In this document: in pieces, positions 29,489-40,528 of the stretch
Position numbering within the stretch: the stretch's first letter is position 1
Layout of the letters: each line of letters begins with the position of its first letter
Assembly: GCA_020348445.1 (NCBI GenBank)
Contig: CP070751.1
Span: forward strand, 4,070,164-4,134,163
From: Thermoplasmata archaeon
Lineage (GTDB): Archaea > Thermoplasmatota > Thermoplasmata > GCA-020350865
Direction of reading: 5' to 3'
Length of the DNA: 64,000 nt
Program-made: the position numbers and the translations under genes
Notes under the pieces: generated by a model
Databases searched by the model: none
Told to the model about the DNA's origin: nothing
Seen by the model: only the letters and a program-made list of their open reading frames with translations

Positions 29489-32247
29489 TAGGAAGAGGAG
29501 TTTCTAAAAGGATCAAGAGCATCAAGTTCGCGTTTCTTTCACCTGAGGAGATGAGGAGACTATCAGCCACCAAGATAATAACAGCCGATACCTACGACGA
29601 TGACGGTTTTCCTATAGATATGGGGCTTATGGACCCCCATCTAGGTGTTATCGAGCCAGGCCTTCGTTGCAAAACATGCGGTAAAAAGGTCGACGATTGT
29701 CCAGGTCATTTCGGACATATCGATTTGGCCATGCCGGTAATTCATGTGGGCTATGTCAAGGATATCAAGAACCTTCTGAAGGCAACATGCAGGGAATGTG
29801 GAAAACTACTTTTAACTGATGCCCAGGCCAAGGAATACAAGAAGGATATGGATAGAATAGGCGATTCCGGCGGAGATTTTCTGGATGTGATGCTGGTTAC
29901 AAAAGAGACAGCAAAGGATGCTAGCAAAAGACAGTCCTGTCCACATTGTAAGGCTGTCCAGAGAAAGATCACCTTGGACAAACCCACCACATTCAGGGAG
30001 GATGGACATAAGCTCACCCCCAAGGAGGTAAGAGAGAGATTGGAAAAAATCCCAGATGAGGACCTTATTCCGCTGGGTATCCATCCCGGTATCGCAAGGC
30101 CTGAATGGATGGTTCTCACCGCGCTTTTGGTTCCACCTGTTACTGTAAGACCCTCGATAACACTGGAGTCGGGTGACAGATCAGAGGATGATCTCACACA
30201 CAAACTCGTGGATGTGCTCAGAATCAATCAGCGGCTTCGAGAAAACAGGGATGCAGGTGCACCTCAGCTGATCGTAGAGGATCTATGGGAACTTTTACAG
30301 TACCACGTTACGACTTATTTCGACAATCAAACATCAGGTATACCTCCTGCAAGGCACCGCTCTGGAAGACCGCTAAAAACCCTGGCACAGCGGTTAAAAG
30401 GCAAAGAAGGGCGGTTCAGATCCAACCTCTCGGGTAAGAGGGTGAACTTCTCGGCAAGAACAGTGATATCACCTGACCCGTTGCTTTCCATAAACGAGGT
30501 TGGAATACCTGTGGAGACTGCAAAGGAGCTCACTGTTCCAATTAGGGTTACATCTTACAATATAGATACCATAAAGGAACTCATCCGAAACACCGTAAAT
30601 CCCCCTGAGGACCTATTCTATAGTGCAGGTGTTAATTACGTGATAAGGCCCGATAATAGGCGAGTCAAGGTAACAGAGAAGAACGCAGAAACATTGGCTG
30701 AATCAATTGATATTGGATACACGGTGGAGAGGCAGCTTGTGGATGGCGACATAGTGCTCTTCAACAGACAGCCATCTTTGCATAGAATGTCCATGATGGC
30801 CCATGAAGTCAGGGTGATGCCATATAAGACATTCAGATTCAACCTCGCCGTATGTCCCCCTTACAACGCCGATTTCGATGGAGATGAAATGAATTTACAT
30901 GTGCTCCAAAGCGAGGAGGCCAGGGTGGAGGCTAAGGTGCTCATGAGGGTTCAAGAACATATTATATCCCCAAGGTTCGGCGGACCAGTAATCGGAGCAA
31001 TACATGATTATGTAACAGGTTCATTTTTACTTACGTTCAGGGATTCTAAGTTCACAAGAGAGCAGGTAATAAAGATACTTGCCAGGCTGGATTACGAAGA
31101 TTTGCCCCCCTCCCGTGTGGAGGATGGCATTGAGTACTGGTTGGGAAAAGAGCTCTTCAACCTTGCTCTTCCAAAGGATCTGAATATTGAGTTTAAAGCA
31201 TCCATATGTCAGCATTGTGATGACTGCAAAAAGAAGGAATGCGATGTCGATGCCTTTGTTCATATCAAGGATGGAAAGATAAGTTGCGGTACCATAGATG
31301 AAAAGGCAGTTGGTGCGTTCAAGGGTCGAATTCTCGATAAGGTGGCAAGGGATTACGGCTCTGATAGGGCAAGGGAATTCATTGATACCATTACAAAGCT
31401 GGCCCTGGGTGCAATAATGGTAAGAGGTTTCACCACAGGAATAGATGATGAGGATATACCCAATGAAGCCAAGATACAGATCGAGGACCTTCTGAAGAAC
31501 GCCAAACGCGAGGTGGATGAGCTTGTTTCGGCGTACAGGGAAGGTATCTTGGAGCAGATGCCAGGGCGAAGCTTGGAGGAGACCCTGGAAGTGGAGGTCA
31601 TGAAGGTACTTGGACGAGCAAGAGACACAGCTGGTCAAATTGCAGGAAAACATCTTGGTTTGGAAAATTCTGCAGTTATCATGGCGAAATCAGGGGCCAG
31701 GGGTTCAATGCTGAACCTAAGCCAGATGGCTGGATCTATCGGCCAGCAGGCGGTTCGAGGAGAGAGGATCGCCAGGGGATACTGGGGCAGGACACTGCCC
31801 CATTTTAGAAAGAACGACTTGGGTGCGGAGGCCAAAGGTTTCGTGGAATCAAGCTATAAAAGTGGTCTTGCTCCAACCGAGTATTTCTTCCATAGTATGG
31901 GAGGGAGAGAAGGTCTTGTGGATACCGCGGTGAGAACATCGCGTTCAGGGTACATGCAGAGGAGATTGATCAATGCACTGGAGGATCTGAAAGTCAAGCA
32001 GGATGGTACCGTCAGAAATACCGCCGATACCATAATCCAGTTCAAATATGGAGAGGATGGTGTGGATCCATCAAGGAGTATCAGAGGGGATGCTATTGAC
32101 ATGGATGACATTCTTCTGGAGGTTCTTGGGGAGAGGTACTGGGGATTGTACACCGGCGAGAGGGAGAAAGCCCTGGCCAGCTATGGAACGCAGGAGAAGG
32201 ACATGCTCAGCATTTCGTTTGAAGAAGAAGAGGTAGAGGAGGAATAG
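29485..32247 (+). CDS. rpoA1: DNA-directed RNA polymerase subunit A' (Rpo1N)
   Basis: Catalytic YNADFDGDEMN, CPGHFGHI, NRQPSLH. Start is ATG 29485 after GGAGG (MIGRGVSKRIKSIKF), not 29452. Confidence 0.98.
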   Translation: MIGRGVSKRIKSIKFAFLSPEEMRRLSATKIITADTYDDDGFPIDMGLMDPHLGVIEPGLRCKTCGKKVDDCPGHFGHIDLAMPVIHVGYVKDIKNLLKATCRECGKLLLTDAQAKEYKKDMDRIGDSGGDFLDVMLVTKETAKDASKRQSCPHCKAVQRKITLDKPTTFREDGHKLTPKEVRERLEKIPDEDLIPLGIHPGIARPEWMVLTALLVPPVTVRPSITLESGDRSEDDLTHKLVDVLRINQRLRENRDAGAPQLIVEDLWELLQYHVTTYFDNQTSGIPPARHRSGRPLKTLAQRLKGKEGRFRSNLSGKRVNFSARTVISPDPLLSINEVGIPVETAKELTVPIRVTSYNIDTIKELIRNTVNPPEDLFYSAGVNYVIRPDNRRVKVTEKNAETLAESIDIGYTVERQLVDGDIVLFNRQPSLHRMSMMAHEVRVMPYKTFRFNLAVCPPYNADFDGDEMNLHVLQSEEARVEAKVLMRVQEHIISPRFGGPVIGAIHDYVTGSFLLTFRDSKFTREQVIKILARLDYEDLPPSRVEDGIEYWLGKELFNLALPKDLNIEFKASICQHCDDCKKKECDVDAFVHIKDGKISCGTIDEKAVGAFKGRILDKVARDYGSDRAREFIDTITKLALGAIMVRGFTTGIDDEDIPNEAKIQIEDLLKNAKREVDELVSAYREGILEQMPGRSLEETLEVEVMKVLGRARDTAGQIAGKHLGLENSAVIMAKSGARGSMLNLSQMAGSIGQQAVRGERIARGYWGRTLPHFRKNDLGAEAKGFVESSYKSGLAPTEYFFHSMGGREGLVDTAVRTSRSGYMQRRLINALEDLKVKQDGTVRNTADTIIQFKYGEDGVDPSRSIRGDAIDMDDILLEVLGERYWGLYTGEREKALASYGTQEKDMLSISFEEEEVEEE

Positions 32248-32250
32248 AAC

Positions 32251-33726
32251 TTGGCAAAAGCGGCAACTATTAAGGCTCTCACGGATCGTGGGATTGCAAA
32301 AAAAGATGCAATTGTTCTGGCTGAAGAGGGGTACACCCTTGGTTCTTTAAAGAAGGCTGATTTTTCGAAACTCAAGAAGTTATTCTCTGAAAAGAAAGCC
32401 AATCTGATTTTAAAGAAAGTTGGTGTCGAAATTACAAAACCAAAGAAGAAAGATAAAGAAAAGAGCAAAAAGAAAGTTGAGAAAGAAAAGAAGAAAAAAG
32501 GCAAAAAAGCGGGAAAGAAACCGAAAATTGAGATAGTCGTACCCCAAAAAATTCCTCCGTTGAATGATACAGAGAAAATGATATACGATGGCGCTACTAA
32601 GCTGCATATAGATTTACCCATGAAAATCATCTCTGCCATAGCTGAAAGGATAGAGGGAAAGAAACTCACGAGCAAGGAGATATCCAATATCATCAAAAAG
32701 GCGTATGAACGTTATCAGGAGCACATAGTTGATGCCCACGAATCGGCAGGTATAATTGCGGCACAGTCCATAGGTGAACCCGGGACACAGATGACCATGA
32801 GGACATTTCACTATGCGGGTGTTGCTGAGATCAATGTTACACTAGGTCTTCCAAGATTAATCGAGATCGTGGATGCGAGAAGGGTACCCAGTACCCCGAT
32901 GATGGAAATATATCTCGATGAAACTGTGAAATATGATAGAGACGAGGTTCGAAAAATCGCGTCCAATATCGAGATCACCAAGATCGTGGACATCGCCTCA
33001 ATAGAGACCGATATGGTGAATCTACAGGTTGTGATTCACACAGATCCAAAGAAGCTCGAGAAGAAAGAGCTGTCATTGGAGGATATCGACGCAAAACTCG
33101 GAAAGTTGAGGGAGGCGAAGGGTAATTTCACATGCGAGGGCGATAAGTTCATGGTGCGCTGCGATGAGTCCTCATACAAAAAGCTGCAGAGAATTTCAGA
33201 GGCTGTAAGGGACCTGAAAATAAAAGGCATCGATGGGGTCGAAAGAGCGATTATCCGGAAGACTGGGGAGGAATACGTGATATACACCGCAGGCTCGAAC
33301 CTGCCAAAGGTGATGCAGTTGGCTCATGTGGATATTTCCAGAACAGTGACCAACAGTATATCGGAAATTTACAATGTGCTGGGAATTGAAGCGGCGAGAA
33401 ACGCGATTATAAGGGAGGCGAGTAAGACACTGGAGGAACAGGGATTGACAGTTGATAAAAGACATATCATGCTTGTTTCTGATATCATGACAAATGACGG
33501 TGATGTGAAGGCGATAGGCAGACACGGTATTTCCGGAAGAAAGTCCAGTGTGCTTGCACGTGCCGCATTCGAAATCACATCCACCCACCTGCTTAGAGCG
33601 GGTATGACAGGGGAGATCGATACACTGGATGGGGTTGCAGAGAACATTATTGTTGGTCAACCTGTCACCTTAGGTACCGGGGCCGTGAACCTGATTTACA
33701 CGCCTGTAAAGAAGAAACCCAAGTAA
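32251..33726 (+). CDS. rpoA2: DNA-directed RNA polymerase subunit A'' (Rpo1C) with an N-terminal extension
   Basis: [38 protein letters not shown]; about 150-aa N-terminal extension with a Lys-rich linker; TTG start. Confidence 0.96.
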   Translation: MAKAATIKALTDRGIAKKDAIVLAEEGYTLGSLKKADFSKLKKLFSEKKANLILKKVGVEITKPKKKDKEKSKKKVEKEKKKKGKKAGKKPKIEIVVPQKIPPLNDTEKMIYDGATKLHIDLPMKIISAIAERIEGKKLTSKEISNIIKKAYERYQEHIVDAHESAGIIAAQSIGEPGTQMTMRTFHYAGVAEINVTLGLPRLIEIVDARRVPSTPMMEIYLDETVKYDRDEVRKIASNIEITKIVDIASIETDMVNLQVVIHTDPKKLEKKELSLEDIDAKLGKLREAKGNFTCEGDKFMVRCDESSYKKLQRISEAVRDLKIKGIDGVERAIIRKTGEEYVIYTAGSNLPKVMQLAHVDISRTVTNSISEIYNVLGIEAARNAIIREASKTLEEQGLTVDKRHIMLVSDIMTNDGDVKAIGRHGISGRKSSVLARAAFEITSTHLLRAGMTGEIDTLDGVAENIIVGQPVTLGTGAVNLIYTPVKKKPK

Positions 33727-33786
33727 TAGGGGAGAGCCAGGTAAAAAATTTAAAATACTTCTTTGTGAATTTCTGGATGGATAAAT

Positions 33787-34077
33787 ATGGATATAAACAA
33801 AGCATTGAAGACGGCGGTTACCACAGGTAAAGTACTTTTTGGCTTCGAGCAAACTGAAAAAGCTGTCAAGGCAGGAAAGGCGAAATTGATCATAATATCT
33901 TCGAACTGCCCCGAAAAACATGTGGTATTGATTGATGAGTACAAGAATGTTCCATCTCATCGGTTTGGCGGCACCAACATCGAGTTGGGCTCAGCTTGTG
34001 GAAAGCCATTTTCGATTTCCATACTTTCTGTATTAAATGAAGGTGAATCGGAAATACTAGCACTGGGGCAGAAATAA
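33787..34077 (+). CDS. rpl30e: 50S ribosomal protein L30e
   Basis: TGKV..G......A...GKAKLIII..NCP, ELG..CGKPF.IS; conserved position after rpoA''. Confidence 0.95.
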   Translation: MDINKALKTAVTTGKVLFGFEQTEKAVKAGKAKLIIISSNCPEKHVVLIDEYKNVPSHRFGGTNIELGSACGKPFSISILSVLNEGESEILALGQK

Positions 34078-34502
34078 TGACCAATATAACCCTAAATGGA
34101 GACGCACTTCGCGCAATATCAGCATTTGAAAGGGTAACAAAAACCGTTGTAAAGGATTGTATAGACACCCCCGATAAACTTGTTTTTATCGTGGCAAGAG
34201 GGCAGATAGGTGCCGCGATAGGTAAGAAGGGTGAGAATGTAAAACGTCTTTATGAGATGTTTAAGAAGAACTTAGATGTAATCGAGTACTCCGACGATGC
34301 CGAAAAATTCATTAGAAACATCTTCCACAACTATAAGATCAAGGGTGTTGTAATAGAAAGGCGCGGAAATAAACTACACGCAACTGTGAGCGTGGAGAGC
34401 AAGGATAAGGGAAAGATCATAGGTAAGGACGGGAGGAATCTGAAGCTCGCAAGGGATATACTAAGCAGGCACACCGATATCGAAAGTTTGAGTATAGATT
34501 AG
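34077..34502 (+). CDS. nusA: Archaeal NusA (two KH domains)
   Basis: AIGKKGENV and IIGKDGRNL KH motifs; conserved operon position. Confidence 0.95.
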   Translation: MTNITLNGDALRAISAFERVTKTVVKDCIDTPDKLVFIVARGQIGAAIGKKGENVKRLYEMFKKNLDVIEYSDDAEKFIRNIFHNYKIKGVVIERRGNKLHATVSVESKDKGKIIGKDGRNLKLARDILSRHTDIESLSID

Positions 34503-34513
34503 ATCGATTTTTT

Positions 34514-35692
34514 TTATCCTCTTAATTCATCTAGATATCCACATTTTCCAGTTTCCAAGAATTCCTCTATAAGTTCTTTTGTGTTTTTCCCGATACCTTT
34601 TATCCCGCCCAGCCTTCCTTGACCGTATATATCCTCGATTTTTTCATCCATATCCTCTATTGTCTGGGCCAATCTTCGAAAAGCCTCGGCTCTGTATCTT
34701 TCACCATCAAGGCTAAGAAAATACGCACAGAGAAAGAGCATGGTAGAGACTTCGAGGTTCTTACTCAATTTCATATCCGGGATATACCTGGGTATGTAAT
34801 TTTGAATGTCATTTTCTTTACACAGTATCTTTATTTTTTGGTAGAGATCCTTTAAGTACTTTCCATCCGGCTCATATCCCTTCCTATATAATACCTTGTA
34901 TTTCTCAACAAGCTCAGGATAATGTATTTTTAAGGTCTCGTAAAATCTTTCTGCTTGCAAATCTCGCATGGTCATGGAAGCAGCCAAAATATATTTTGCA
35001 CCCTTTTTTCTTGATGCTTTTATTGTTTCTTCCAACTGCTTTTTAGAATCAGAGATATAAGGCAAGACGGGCATAAATATAATACCTGTTAAGATTCCGC
35101 AATCTGCTATTTTTTTCATGGCATCCAGTCTTCTTTTAGGAGTTGCTGCTATCGGTTCAAATTCCGCGGTAATTTTCTTATCAACGCATGAGAGAGAAAA
35201 GGATACATTGGACCATGTAGTATCGTTAATTTTTTTTAGTAAATCCAAATCCCTTAAAACCAGATCAGATTTGGTCATCACAAATGTTGGCACTTCGTAC
35301 TCCAAAAATAATTTGAGGATACCTCTTGTCAGTTTGTATTTTCTTTCTGCAGGCTGGTAGGCATCTGAAATACCGCTTGAGATGGCAATAACAGGTTTTA
35401 CCTTTATGATGCCCCCCTCTGTTTTCATTCCAAAATCAGTAAGTGTCTTTTGCTTGGGAAATAGTCTATCAAGTTCCTTTCTTAGAATTTCTTGGGAATT
35501 GATCTTGACATGGATGATATTATCAAAATCCTCTGAGGCATGGTACTTCTTGCTCCTCCCGTCACAGTAATTGCATCCGTGCTCACAGGCACGGTACGGT
35601 GAGACAGAGCCTGATTCCCAAAACCAATTGTCCACGTATTTGTGCATTCTTAGCATGGTCTTGCATTTGTATTCCTTGTATATGGCCGCCAT
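34514..35692 (-). CDS. SPL-like radical SAM protein with a C-terminal helix-hairpin-helix (PolX 8-kDa-like) domain
   Basis: SPYRACEHGCNYC, SDAYQPAE.KY.LTR, TKSDLVLRD; C-terminus AEAFRRLAQTIE...IKGIGKNT...IEEFLETG. Confidence 0.8.
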   Translation of the reverse strand: MAAIYKEYKCKTMLRMHKYVDNWFWESGSVSPYRACEHGCNYCDGRSKKYHASEDFDNIIHVKINSQEILRKELDRLFPKQKTLTDFGMKTEGGIIKVKPVIAISSGISDAYQPAERKYKLTRGILKLFLEYEVPTFVMTKSDLVLRDLDLLKKINDTTWSNVSFSLSCVDKKITAEFEPIAATPKRRLDAMKKIADCGILTGIIFMPVLPYISDSKKQLEETIKASRKKGAKYILAASMTMRDLQAERFYETLKIHYPELVEKYKVLYRKGYEPDGKYLKDLYQKIKILCKENDIQNYIPRYIPDMKLSKNLEVSTMLFLCAYFLSLDGERYRAEAFRRLAQTIEDMDEKIEDIYGQGRLGGIKGIGKNTKELIEEFLETGKCGYLDELRG

Positions 35693-35702
35693 CTAAAAGC
35701 AC

Positions 35703-36719
35703 CTAAACCAACCTCAACAGATCCCCTTGGGTTTTGGCAATGTTTTCTGTTGCAAGTGCATACTGCCAATGATCTTTGCATTCACAGTGAAGTTCTTCTA
35801 TGTGATTGATATCCTGAGTCAGTGAAAATTCCCTTATTGCCTCCAATATATTCTTATCACATTTTCCGCAGTTATGTGCTCCTTTTTTCGTTCCTCCTGC
35901 TGTTGGGGATGACATCAGCCTATTTCCTTGGAGTTTGCTTGTGTTTTTCAGAACCTCCAAAACAGACCAAAGCCAGGGCGGCCTGTACTCTCTGTTTCTC
36001 CAAAGTCTTTCAACGAGTGTGAATTTCTGAATATTAATGGGATTGAATGAGATGGTCTGGGTATATTTTGAGATTTTCTCTGCCGAGCTTATAGTATCCT
36101 CTATTGCCTCCTTCTCGGTGAGAAACGGCGGTTTTATCAGAAGATATGTTTTAACACCAATGCCCAGGTCATTGATCGTTGTTGCCGCTTTTACATAGTC
36201 ATCCAGTTTAAATCCCTTGTTTATCGAATTCTCTAAAACAAAATCATTTGCAGATTCAAGACCCATGGCAATCTCGATTTTATTAATGCCTTTTAGCCTC
36301 TCTGTCTTTACAAACTCGGGCCTTGTTTCAACTATGACCTTCTCGGTTTTTTCTTGAAGTACATTTAATATTTTATCCTGTACAGAGACAGGGATCTCCT
36401 CTTCATCAAAAAAGCTTCCAGATGTGTATATCTTGACTATTTTTTCACCTGAATATTTTTTCATTGCCTCTTGAAACTGATATATTAGGTCTTCTTCCCC
36501 AACACTCTCTCTCGCAGAATCGTTTATGTATCCGCACATTGAGCACCCGCTTGAAAGACCCCAGGCACATCCTCTTGTTCGTAAGATCATTACAAAGGAA
36601 TCTACAATTTCGGAACCCAGTACATCCTTTTCTTTCCAGCAGCTAATATATTTTTTTAGATCATTTGGTCTGGGACGCTTTTGTCTTGCAGATTTTACTG
36701 CTTCGTTCAGTTCTATCAT
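35703..36719 (-). CDS. Archaeosine biosynthesis radical SAM protein RaSEA
   Basis: ILRTRGC.W....GCSMCGY, KIYTSGSFFD, ETRPEF, YLLIKPPFLTE, YRPPWLWS, GAHNCGKCD. Confidence 0.88.
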   Translation of the reverse strand: MIELNEAVKSARQKRPRPNDLKKYISCWKEKDVLGSEIVDSFVMILRTRGCAWGLSSGCSMCGYINDSARESVGEEDLIYQFQEAMKKYSGEKIVKIYTSGSFFDEEEIPVSVQDKILNVLQEKTEKVIVETRPEFVKTERLKGINKIEIAMGLESANDFVLENSINKGFKLDDYVKAATTINDLGIGVKTYLLIKPPFLTEKEAIEDTISSAEKISKYTQTISFNPINIQKFTLVERLWRNREYRPPWLWSVLEVLKNTSKLQGNRLMSSPTAGGTKKGAHNCGKCDKNILEAIREFSLTQDINHIEELHCECKDHWQYALATENIAKTQGDLLRLV

Positions 36720-36724
36720 GCTAT

Positions 36725-37243
36725 TCAGCCCAGCATTTTCTTGTATTCCTTGGCCTTTTTTAAAACCCTCGTATGATAGCCTCTTACCCTTTCGAAGTCC
36801 TCATCGGTTGCTGGCCTTAAAACCTTGCCTGGCGAGCCTATGAAAATCGACCTTGGAGGAATGATCTTTCCTTCTGGCACAAGTGAAGCAGCACCGATAA
36901 TAGAGCCTTCACCTACAACTGCACCATCCAAAACGATGGCACCTATACCTACCATTGATTCCTTCAATATTTTACAACCATGTAGTATTGCTCCGTGGGC
37001 AACAAGGGTTCCTTCCTCTATGATAAGCTCGAATTCTCTAGGTGCCTCTAAAAACGTATTCTCCAGGATGGCAACTTCATTTTCCAATGTAATTTTATTT
37101 TCATCTGCCCTCAGAATAGAGCCGGTCCAGATGCTGGTGTTTTTTCCTATTTGCACATCTCCTACGATTTTTGCAGAAGAATCGATATAGGCTGAAGAGT
37201 GAATTTTCGGAGTTTTTCCCCCAAACGAAACTATGTTGCTCAT
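36725..37243 (-). CDS. Gamma-class carbonic anhydrase / hexapeptide-repeat protein
   Basis: P.IH..AYI...A.IVGDV.IG, HGAILHGC, VGIGAIVLDGA, G.P.KV.R. Confidence 0.85.
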   Translation of the reverse strand: MSNIVSFGGKTPKIHSSAYIDSSAKIVGDVQIGKNTSIWTGSILRADENKITLENEVAILENTFLEAPREFELIIEEGTLVAHGAILHGCKILKESMVGIGAIVLDGAVVGEGSIIGAASLVPEGKIIPPRSIFIGSPGKVLRPATDEDFERVRGYHTRVLKKAKEYKKMLG

Positions 37244-37426
37244 GATAACACCCTCAACGCAATATGCTTCATGGTTTTTGAATGTTTGCGAAAAGAAAAT
37301 ACCAAATGGAATTCATTAGTCATATCTGCCCTTGGATACTTAAAAGGGAGAAGGTCATCCTTAAACCCATTTTCCGCAAAATTATTAAGTAATCAGAAAT
37401 CCCTTTATCATCCATGGGCGAGATAT

Positions 37427-40400
37427 ATGAATAAGAAGATTACTGTTATGGTGATCACAATCCTTTTAATGATGGTTCCAAGCCTATGCTTTACTCCTTT
37501 GTTTAATCACAATCCTGTTGAACAGTACATTCCAAATGCGGTTGATCCTGAGTTACATTTGGAAAATAGCGAATCACCTTCTTCTATTACATCCAAAACC
37601 AGAAGCGGCGGTGTAAATTTCACTAACGTGACAGATGAGGTGGGTCTTTCAGGTGTCAGGGGTGATTCATATGCCTGGGGCGACTACAACAACGATGGCT
37701 ACCAGGACCTCCTTGTGAAGGGTAGCAGGTTATTTGAGAACAACGGTCCCCCCCATTGGGATTTTAAGGAAGTCACAGCTCAAGTTGGTTTAGAGGGAAG
37801 CGGATATGCTGTGTGGGGCGATTACAACAATGACGGTTATCTGGATTTCTATGCAGTGGGTCATCCATATGAATACTGGGATTGCCTCTGGAGGAACAGT
37901 GGTCCTCCTGATTATTCTTTTATCAACGTTACAGAGGATGCAGGCAACCTAGACGACGGCATGCCCGGCCTTGCGGCAGGCTGGGCAGATTATGACAGAG
38001 ACGGTTTTATAGATTTATATATCGTGAACTGGAGGGATGCTGATGATATCAGGTATCCAGATGTTCTTTATCACAACAATGGTGACGGCACATTCATCGA
38101 TGTAACCGTCGATGCCGGGGTTTACGAGGGCGATAATCCTTTTGCAGGAATGGGTGTTAACTGGGGTGATTACAACAACGATGGCTGGCCAGACATCTAC
38201 GTCTCCAACTATCTTGTGACTCCCAATTATCTTTACGAGAACAACCAGGACGGAACCTTTTCAGAGGTTGCACATGAGAAAAACGCCGCAGGTTTGGCTC
38301 CTGCCGGGGGATATTACGGACACACAGCAGGCTCATCATGGGCCGATTATGATCATGACGGGGATCTGGATATGTGGGTAAGCAACCTGGCCCATACCAC
38401 GGACCCAAGGGGTTTTTACACTGACTATTCCCAGATGCTGCGCAATGATGGACCGGATCAGGGATATGCCTTCACAGATGTCAGGGATGATACAGGGATC
38501 GAGAAAAAACCTTATATGAGCGAAGACGAGCTGCATTTTGGCATTGCCTGGGGTGATTACGATAACGACGGCGATTATGATATGTTCATACCCCAGATAA
38601 AGAACTATGTGGATTACGCATTTTCATTCTTTTTTGAGAACAACGGAGACGGGACTTTCACTGATGTAAGCGACGATGTGGGTGTAAAGGTATGGGACAG
38701 CGACGGAGCCTGCTGGGTAGACTATAATAACGACGGCTATATCGATTTGATAACAGAAGGCAAGTATCATTACGAAAACGGTAAATACGAGGTGAGGTTG
38801 TTTAAAAACAACGGTGAGGCGCAAAACAATTGGCTGGATGTGCAGCTTGTTGCCAATGAGAGCAATTTTGCTTCAATTGGTGCAAGAATCAAGGTCAGCG
38901 CAAATGGAATCACGCAGATGAAGGAACTGGAGGGTGGAACAGCAGGACATTCATATCAACATTCTCTGGCTCAGCATTTTGGATTTGGGGATTATTCAGG
39001 TGATGTTGATATTGAAATCTGGTGGCCTTCAGGTGAAGAGAGGATATTAAATGATGTACCTACTAACCAGAGGATAATTGTGAGTGCCTGCGAATATGAC
39101 CCGGTATTATTTGAGGTAACGAGCTCAGATAGAGAGCCGTATGAGGAGGATATTGTGACGGTTTATGCCACTATCCAGAATGCTGGAAGATATGACATCG
39201 AATCTCTTTTCGTAAAATTCTACGACGGTGATGTTAATACCGTTCCCATTGGTACCCAAGAGTTAAATGATCTTTCTCCATTGGAAAAAAGATTTGTACA
39301 GATTGAATGGGACACCACCAAAAAACAGGGAAGCCACAAAATTACAGTTCAAATTGAAGATATTGATTTAAGGGATGATAATACAGTAAATAACTTTGGC
39401 ACCATCGATATAAAGGTATTAAAACGTATACCGGATCTTATGGTATCCTCTATTGAGTTTTCAGATTCATCTCCTTTTGAGGGGGACACAATAACGATAA
39501 CAGCCCATATACAGAACCTTGGAAACAGAGAGGCCAATTCAGCAACAATAACTTTCTTTGATGGAGACATCTATACTTTTCCAATTGGTATTAAGTATAT
39601 AATCGACGTACCAGCAGAAAGCGATAAAATTACTCATATTGAATGGGATACGACTGATAAGAAGGGGAGTCATATAATCACGATTCTAATCGATGATGTT
39701 GTGCCCGAGGAGGAGGAAACTGAAAATAACATGGAAAGTAAAAATATTGAAGTAAGGGAATACGAAGAGCCTCCACATCAACCCCCAAAGGACCCGAACA
39801 ATGCTCCTTTTATCACCGAGTTTACTTGCGAGCCCTCAAACATTTTAGTAGGAGGAAGTTGTACACTGACAGTCTATGCTGAAGATTTGGATGGCGACTT
39901 TTTAACGTACGACTACCAAGCAACAGATGGAATCATATCAGGATATGGGAATGTGGTTTTGTGGTATGCCCCAGATGAAAAAGGCACTTACGAGATCACA
40001 GTCGTTGTAAAGGATACAAAGGATGCAGAGGACACAGAGAGTGTATCAGTTGAGGTCAAAATAAATAGTCCTCCCCATATCAAGACCTTTTTGGGTTCTT
40101 CTGATGTTGTTTCCAACAACGGGATCGACGCGGTGTTGTTCACCGCTGAAATAGAGGACGAAAATGGATTGCAGGACATAGATAATGTTAGGATAGATCT
40201 AAGTGAGATAGGCGGAAGTCCCAGGCAAAAGATGTACGATGATGGGAGTCACAAAGATGAGGAACCTGAAGATGGTATATATTCGTTTGAAGCAGTGATT
40301 CCCCAAAGTGTGGAGCCTGGGGAAAAGACGATTAGAATCACGGTCAAGGATGAATCTGGGAGAGAAATAACTCAGGATGTTATTATCACCGTAATTTCGG

Positions 40401-40528
40401 AGGAAAAAGATGAAAGCGAACGTACCTCTGAGGTTCCCATTTTTTTCACCTTCATCATCTTCTTGGCGGTCATTTTAACAATAATTGCCACTTTGGCCTT
40501 TATTTTTCAAAGGAAAAAGAGGAAATAA
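37427..40528 (+). CDS. Secreted membrane-anchored FG-GAP/ASPIC-UnbV (CRTAC1-like) protein with CARDB and Ig domains
   Basis: Signal peptide from ATG 37427; repeated WGDYNNDG..DL; GARI.V...G..Q..E..GG ASPIC-UnbV motif; two PDL...I.FS/ATIQN.G CARDB domains; C-terminal TM plus KKRK. Confidence 0.85.
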   Translation: MNKKITVMVITILLMMVPSLCFTPLFNHNPVEQYIPNAVDPELHLENSESPSSITSKTRSGGVNFTNVTDEVGLSGVRGDSYAWGDYNNDGYQDLLVKGSRLFENNGPPHWDFKEVTAQVGLEGSGYAVWGDYNNDGYLDFYAVGHPYEYWDCLWRNSGPPDYSFINVTEDAGNLDDGMPGLAAGWADYDRDGFIDLYIVNWRDADDIRYPDVLYHNNGDGTFIDVTVDAGVYEGDNPFAGMGVNWGDYNNDGWPDIYVSNYLVTPNYLYENNQDGTFSEVAHEKNAAGLAPAGGYYGHTAGSSWADYDHDGDLDMWVSNLAHTTDPRGFYTDYSQMLRNDGPDQGYAFTDVRDDTGIEKKPYMSEDELHFGIAWGDYDNDGDYDMFIPQIKNYVDYAFSFFFENNGDGTFTDVSDDVGVKVWDSDGACWVDYNNDGYIDLITEGKYHYENGKYEVRLFKNNGEAQNNWLDVQLVANESNFASIGARIKVSANGITQMKELEGGTAGHSYQHSLAQHFGFGDYSGDVDIEIWWPSGEERILNDVPTNQRIIVSACEYDPVLFEVTSSDREPYEEDIVTVYATIQNAGRYDIESLFVKFYDGDVNTVPIGTQELNDLSPLEKRFVQIEWDTTKKQGSHKITVQIEDIDLRDDNTVNNFGTIDIKVLKRIPDLMVSSIEFSDSSPFEGDTITITAHIQNLGNREANSATITFFDGDIYTFPIGIKYIIDVPAESDKITHIEWDTTDKKGSHIITILIDDVVPEEEETENNMESKNIEVREYEEPPHQPPKDPNNAPFITEFTCEPSNILVGGSCTLTVYAEDLDGDFLTYDYQATDGIISGYGNVVLWYAPDEKGTYEITVVVKDTKDAEDTESVSVEVKINSPPHIKTFLGSSDVVSNNGIDAVLFTAEIEDENGLQDIDNVRIDLSEIGGSPRQKMYDDGSHKDEEPEDGIYSFEAVIPQSVEPGEKTIRITVKDESGREITQDVIITVISEEKDESERTSEVPIFFTFIIFLAVILTIIATLAFIFQRKKRK

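Noticed and set aside
29186-29573. ORFs 29186..29488, 29233..29445 and 29316..29573 as genes
   Set aside because: They overlap rpoB or rpoA' or are antisense; only the 29300..29488 sub-frame is noted, as part of the insert.
25710-33726. Inteins or novel domains in the RNA polymerase subunits
   Set aside because: No intein motifs. The rpoB Zn-finger insertion and rpoA'' N-extension fit the longer subunits I recall for Thermoplasmata, so they are treated as lineage traits.
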